Below, in pieces: positions 59,080-64,000 of a stretch of DNA of 64,000 nucleotides. The notes under the pieces are model-generated. The model was not told the DNA's origin. It worked only from the letters and a program-made list of their open reading frames with translations, and ran no database searches. The stretch covers positions 15,387,918 through 15,451,917 of the forward strand of contig CM119269.1 of NCBI GenBank assembly GCA_051294375.1, written 5' to 3'. A program made the translations under genes and the position numbers. Position 1 is the first letter of the stretch; each line of letters begins with the position of its first letter. Origin of the DNA: Paraspadella gotoi (Eukaryota > Animalia > Chaetognatha).

Positions 59080-61252
59080 GAGAGAAAGAGAGAAAGAGAG
59101 AGAGAGAGATTGCGAAAGATGTTGCGATTAATTTACGATATCAGAAACGAAAATCAGAGCCCAAGAGCCTCCTATCAAAAGTTCATAAGATAACCCGATT
59201 GTTTTGGAACGACGTTCATTATTTACCTCTATTACATAATTAAATTGTTTAAAATTAACAGACTCATCCATTACGGAAAAGACAACCCTGACAATGACAA
59301 AATTCGGCCCTCCCGCATTGAGAGAAAAAAAAAAACTTACTCCGTCAAGATGATAAACTTTTCCGAAGGGCGAGGAGGAAAAGCTGTAGGCGCGTTCGCG
59401 GGGCGAAGGCAGCGAAAACCAGGAATGCTTCAAGTTTTCTGAAACCGATCGAGAAATTAATTATCGTATTGCGTAATAAAATAAATAAATAAATTCAATG
59501 AACCTTTTTGGGATGCTTCGCCGGCCCGGTTGGAGGCCAAGGAGGAAGTAAGAGATTCTTTTCGAGGTGACGACGACGAGAGCGACGTTGGACCTATGAA
59601 CAAAAAAATAATTATTTATTTATTTTTCGACAAATTAACCAGTCGGTGAAGTTTGGACAAAGTTGAAATACGTAAGAAAGAGCACGATTGAGCGACAAGA
59701 AAGAAACGAAAGAAAAAAGTGCAGATAGAGAAAAAAAAAAAAGTAAAAAAGAAGGAAAAAGATGAGAGCAAAAAGAAGGAAAAGACTGGAGAAAAGAAAA
59801 GAAAGCGAGAGAAAAGGAAAGAAAAACAAAAAAGAAGAGAAGCCAGGAAGAAAGAAAGAAGGTAAGAAAGAAAAAGAAACTTACCGTTCCTGGACGCGGT
59901 GGCGGGAGACGAACCCGATGACGCCAATGGCGAAGTTCCGTCGGCGAATGGATTGGGAATCGGCATCGGTCCTTAGGAAGACAAAATGAATTTAGGTATT
60001 TATGTAAATTTAAAAAAAAATTGTTAAGAGCGTTAAAAATTTACCGACGGTGAGGGAGGCTTGCGTCGGCGAGCTCATGGATGCGTCGGAGAGGGTGGAG
60101 GAGGCGATGGAGGAGTTTGACTTGACGGAAGCTTCGAGACCCGAGACGTCGCTGAAAAGAGTCATCCAAGAAATTGTCAACTTACAGTGCGGGAAATTTA
60201 CGATAAAATAAAAATAAAAGATTCTCTAAGTGTCATAAAGTCCAACGTATATGCACGAGAGACTCGAAAAACGACCTAAAAATAATCAAATTAATTATAC
60301 ATACTATTCCACTATGACTTTAAACTTACGTTCTATTATTAGTTCCAAGATAAACGGTTCCATTGAGAGTCGGTTGTCCTGAAATGAAAAGCGTTGGCAA
60401 CTGAGACCGACGGCGCCATAATCTCCCGCGAATACGGAGTCGAGAAAATGAAATGAACTTACCCGAAGACATCTGGGATCTCGTTCGGTACAACGGATGG
60501 TGAGGAATAAGATGAGGAAATGGGTTCATGAGATCCTCGTCCTCTTCCAGATCTTCTTCCTCGACCGACATCTCCGACTCTCTGCAATGCATTGTTGTTA
60601 ATTAATTTAATTGGCGTTCAAACGAAAAAAGTAAACGAATGTCCATTACGCTCTTCACTAAATTAAAAGTCAAATACTTTCGCCCGCAATTAACCGGATC
60701 AAAACAGGATCTTGCAAAAGTTTTAAATTTTAATATTGTTGGGAGCTTTGTTGTTAGTTAATAATGGTTGGAAATGTCATAAAAAATAATTGCATGGTTG
60801 TAATATAAGAAGAACATGATTTCTAAGAGAATGAAGACAGCGAAAATATACTAACCGAGAAAAGAGAACTGAGAAGTTAGTTGTAATTTTCTTGACACAT
60901 TTGGCAAAAAAATTACTGACTTGATTTATACGAAGAAAAAAAAACTTATGATATTTAAATGCGAGCGAAAAAAAATTATAAATTAGTTGGAAGGAAAAGA
61001 TTCCAACTCCACGAAACAAAAGAAGAACCGAAAATAGAGTAATAATAAAAATAGAGTAAGAAATAAAAATTGTTCAGTAAAAACGAAATGAAGAAAAACA
61101 ACGCTGCTCACTTGTTTTGGGAGTTATCATCGTCGTCATCGTCTTCACGCGGTCGCCGCATGGCGGCGTCGATGTCGCCGTCGACTCGGCGCTCGTCGCT
61201 CACAGTCGTCTCCATATCGTCCTCGACGAGCGCTTGGAAGGTCCAGGTCATC
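53510..61252 (-). CDS. Grb7/Grb10/Grb14-family adaptor (Pro-rich, RA, PH, BPS, SH2); 5' end uncertain
   Basis: PIPNPF motif; RA (WCIVEQFPALGIERSLEDHE); PH (PELQGHVVMREMGKKSWRK...LRGSGLY; WLAGLRLAKFGQQLRENY); BPS (VAMDFTG..GRVIEDPVEA...EEAHVWR); SH2 (QPWFHGKISREEA...DGLFLLRES...FSLDGGRTRFNDLIQLVEFYQVN). Confidence 0.9.
59023..59109. repeat. (GA)n microsatellite
   Basis: Directly visible. Confidence 0.9.
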
Positions 61253-61256
61253 TGTT

Positions 61257-61338
<82 letters not shown>
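61257..61338. repeat. (GA)n microsatellite serving as the polypyrimidine tract of a minus-strand acceptor
   Basis: Directly visible; abuts the CAG acceptor at ~61253. Confidence 0.9.
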
Positions 61339-61339
<1 letters not shown>

Positions 61340-62164
61340 ATGTTTACATGACGCTCAAACAAAAGCAAAAGACGAGTAGGAAGACGACGACAACGATTGA
61401 CCCCCCCCCCAAAAAAAAGGAAAATGACGGCGCGGCGTGATTAACTACTTGGGAGGTCTTCATATTGTTTTCAAAAGCCCAATAATCTAACTTATAATAT
61501 TTATAAGTCAAAATACCAAAATTCGCTTCTATGAAAAACTGAAGACTTCAAAAAAAAAAAAAAAAATTAAAAACAAACTGGAAATTTGGCCAAATGAAAT
61601 ATAAAAAAATTAAGAAATAAAAAAGTCTTTTTTAAATCCAATCGCGATATTAAAGGTCATTCGTATTGATAAATTATTTTGTCCCTGCCTCTTATTCGGT
61701 TCAACTAAAATACAATAAAAAACAAACCTAAAAGAAAGACGGCTGGGAAGAAAACAGAAGAAATTACACGGTATAAATTATTTTAAACAATGATTATTGT
61801 TCAAGATAAAAAAAAACTCCGTAGATCGAATTTTGATATATTTAATTATGTGCGGCGTGTTCTTTGTGAGAGAAGAAATACGTATACCAGAGAAACAGAG
61901 AAAAAAGGCAAAAACGCTAAAAACACAACAACTACGTATTTACATTGGCTGAAAAGGTCAGCCATAACAAGGTCATTCATGGTCGGATATAATCAGGTCA
62001 TTCTTACTGACCACTACGGGTCGCAAAGTACAAAGACTTCGTCGTCGTCTTCGTCGTTGTATTCGTCGTTATTGTTCAAATCATTTGAGTTCCCAAATAT
62101 GTTAAATTAGAATTTATTCATTCCTTCCATCACAGATCGAACAAGGAAATTCCGAGCGACTCAC

Positions 62165-63420
62165 CCTGTGAGGAGGCGTGAGGTGACCTGGAATGGGATT
62201 CACTGTATGACATCGTCGGTTGTTGACGACCGTGGGGTTGACTAGATTGAGAGTCGTCACGGTGACTGATGCCGACCGCGCGTTCGTCAATGGACTCGTC
62301 GTAAGAACGCCCGCTGAAAGAGGGAGGGAGGGACAGTAAAAATAAATAGGTAAAAGAATGAATAAAAATAAAAGGGATTGCAATAACCAGGAAATATCAC
62401 ATATCTTAATTACTAATTATTAATTAGTATATACTTAGTATATACTTAGTATATAATTATTAATTAGTATATACTCACGAATCGTGTAAAACATGTTCCC
62501 TTACCTGATATCAGCATAATTTTTTCGGTTGTCGTCAGACTAAAGAGGAGAAAAAGGCTTAGTTTAAATAACGGCGCGTAGAGTAGAGTGGTTTATTTAA
62601 ATAAATATTATGAATATCACTAACGGTATTCGTTAGTCCATACCCGTTGGACAGAAGATTGGGTTGGCGCCATAGAAGATTGGGTTGTCGCCATGCAAGT
62701 AGGAATCGAACCTGCGTCAAATTTAAACAAAAAATAGTCTTATTCTTAATTTCAAATTTTTACAGTATATATGTTGGCTTGTTCATGTACTCGATCAACT
62801 TGTTTTTTTTGCATACGTAAATCATAAGACATACATCCTTCAAATTAAATCCAGTATGGCAAAAGCAGAGTTGCCTGTGACGCCCATTGGGAGAGGGCAT
62901 CTCATTGTTGGCTTTAGGGGCTACGGACCATCAATGACGCTTCCTATCACTGGCGCGGGTACCTTAGGACGGTCTCGCTTTGCCAACAGAGAAGGAAGTC
63001 ACATGGACTATGAATGGAACCCAACGCCTGAGATGTTGCGTTCCCCCTCTGAGCCAATGGGATCGGCTGAATGACACTGAAGGTGAGGCGGTGTGAATAT
63101 ACCGCCACACCAGTCATTTTTTCTTTATTGTCGTTTTATTCAATTTTATCCTTTTTTGTAGTATAATTTTTAAAACTTATAAAAATATACAGAAAATCCT
63201 CACCTTGATATTCTCCCGAAATGGAGGGCGTCAACATGTCGTTCTCCTCCTAACATTTCATGAAAACTTTTTTACTTTTCTTACGCAAGATTATCAAAAA
63301 CTTGTATAGTCTACAATTTCCCACCTTGTGTTCATTTTCGCAACGTTCCTCCTTAGCTTCATTCACTGATTGATCATTTTTAATTCGAAAAAATATGGAA
63401 CCGATGTTTTCAAAAACGCC
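62165..63420 (-). other. Probable additional minus-strand exons (5' part of the Grb gene or a separate uncharacterised gene)
   Basis: Short AG...GT-bounded open segments at ~62165-62315, ~62645-62711, ~63203-63248 and ~63325-63419 with no recognisable domain. Confidence 0.35.
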
Positions 63421-64000
63421 TAATTTTTTTTAAATTAAAAAAGAAGCTTTAGGGCTAGTAATAAGCTATGAAAATCTTCATGTTGTAAATAGCAATTTAC
63501 CTGACATATTATAAAGGAAGGGTCCTGTTAAAATCGGTTGATTCCCCGAAGTTGTAATGATGAATAAATTAATTTATACATTGGTAATTTGAGTCAATAA
63601 ATAGTTGATCTTTTGTTTGGATCATTTTCAGAGTGATTCGCTTTCTTCGTAATTTAGAGGTCATTTCGATCAAACCTGGAAAATCAAAAGATAAATATTT
63701 CAGTGAACAAACTCGACCGTTTGGACGAATAATATCAATTACATAATTCATTAATGTTGGTAAATTTTAATGCAATCATGGAAATTCAGTAAATTTGTTG
63801 AGATATATATACATAACAAATTCTAAACAAAACATGACGAATGAGCAAACGATTTTGGAAAGGAAAAGACGCGGAAAACGAAAAATCATAAAACGATGCG
63901 ACAATTTTGTTAACTCAGGAGACCATCAAATTTTATTTCCAAAAAAGCGTCAGAATAAACGAAGTCAATTGTGAGGAACTTCCGATATTCGACTTGGAAT

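Noticed and set aside
62695-62716. tRNA B-box-like GCAGGTTCGATTCCT on the minus strand
   Set aside because: No upstream cloverleaf; better explained as a CAG splice acceptor followed by exon sequence.

Overview
AT-rich, intron-dense animal (invertebrate) genomic DNA with many introns of about 50-80 nt; not prokaryotic, so most entries in the ORF track are exon fragments or noise. Spliced genes I could reconstruct: a two-RanBP2-zinc-finger microprotein (+), GFAT/GFPT (+), a ~27-kb adenylate kinase 9 gene (-) that hosts two antisense nested genes (an SLC35G/EamA transporter and an SPPL2-like protease), MORN2 (+, divergent from AK9 across an RFX X-box), a LIM protein with a ~36-aa 'NIRGGPDASKS' tandem repeat (-), DNAJC25 (+), an LRAT/PLAAT-domain protein (+), an RMDN-like protein (-) and a Grb7/10/14-type adaptor (-). 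The most notable element is a 655-bp non-coding LTR retroelement (TRIM; 23319-23973, plus a solo LTR at 4771-5004). It has 234-bp LTRs, a tRNA-Trp-like PBS, a PPT and 4-bp TSDs. Each LTR carries a tRNA-like Pol III cassette followed directly by what folds by eye as a circularly permuted twister ribozyme with a compensatory pseudoknot change, making it a candidate twister-based LTR retrozyme. Several Penelope-type minimal hammerhead motifs in inverted repeats and nested MITEs are also present. All structures and gene models were read manually and are not computationally verified.
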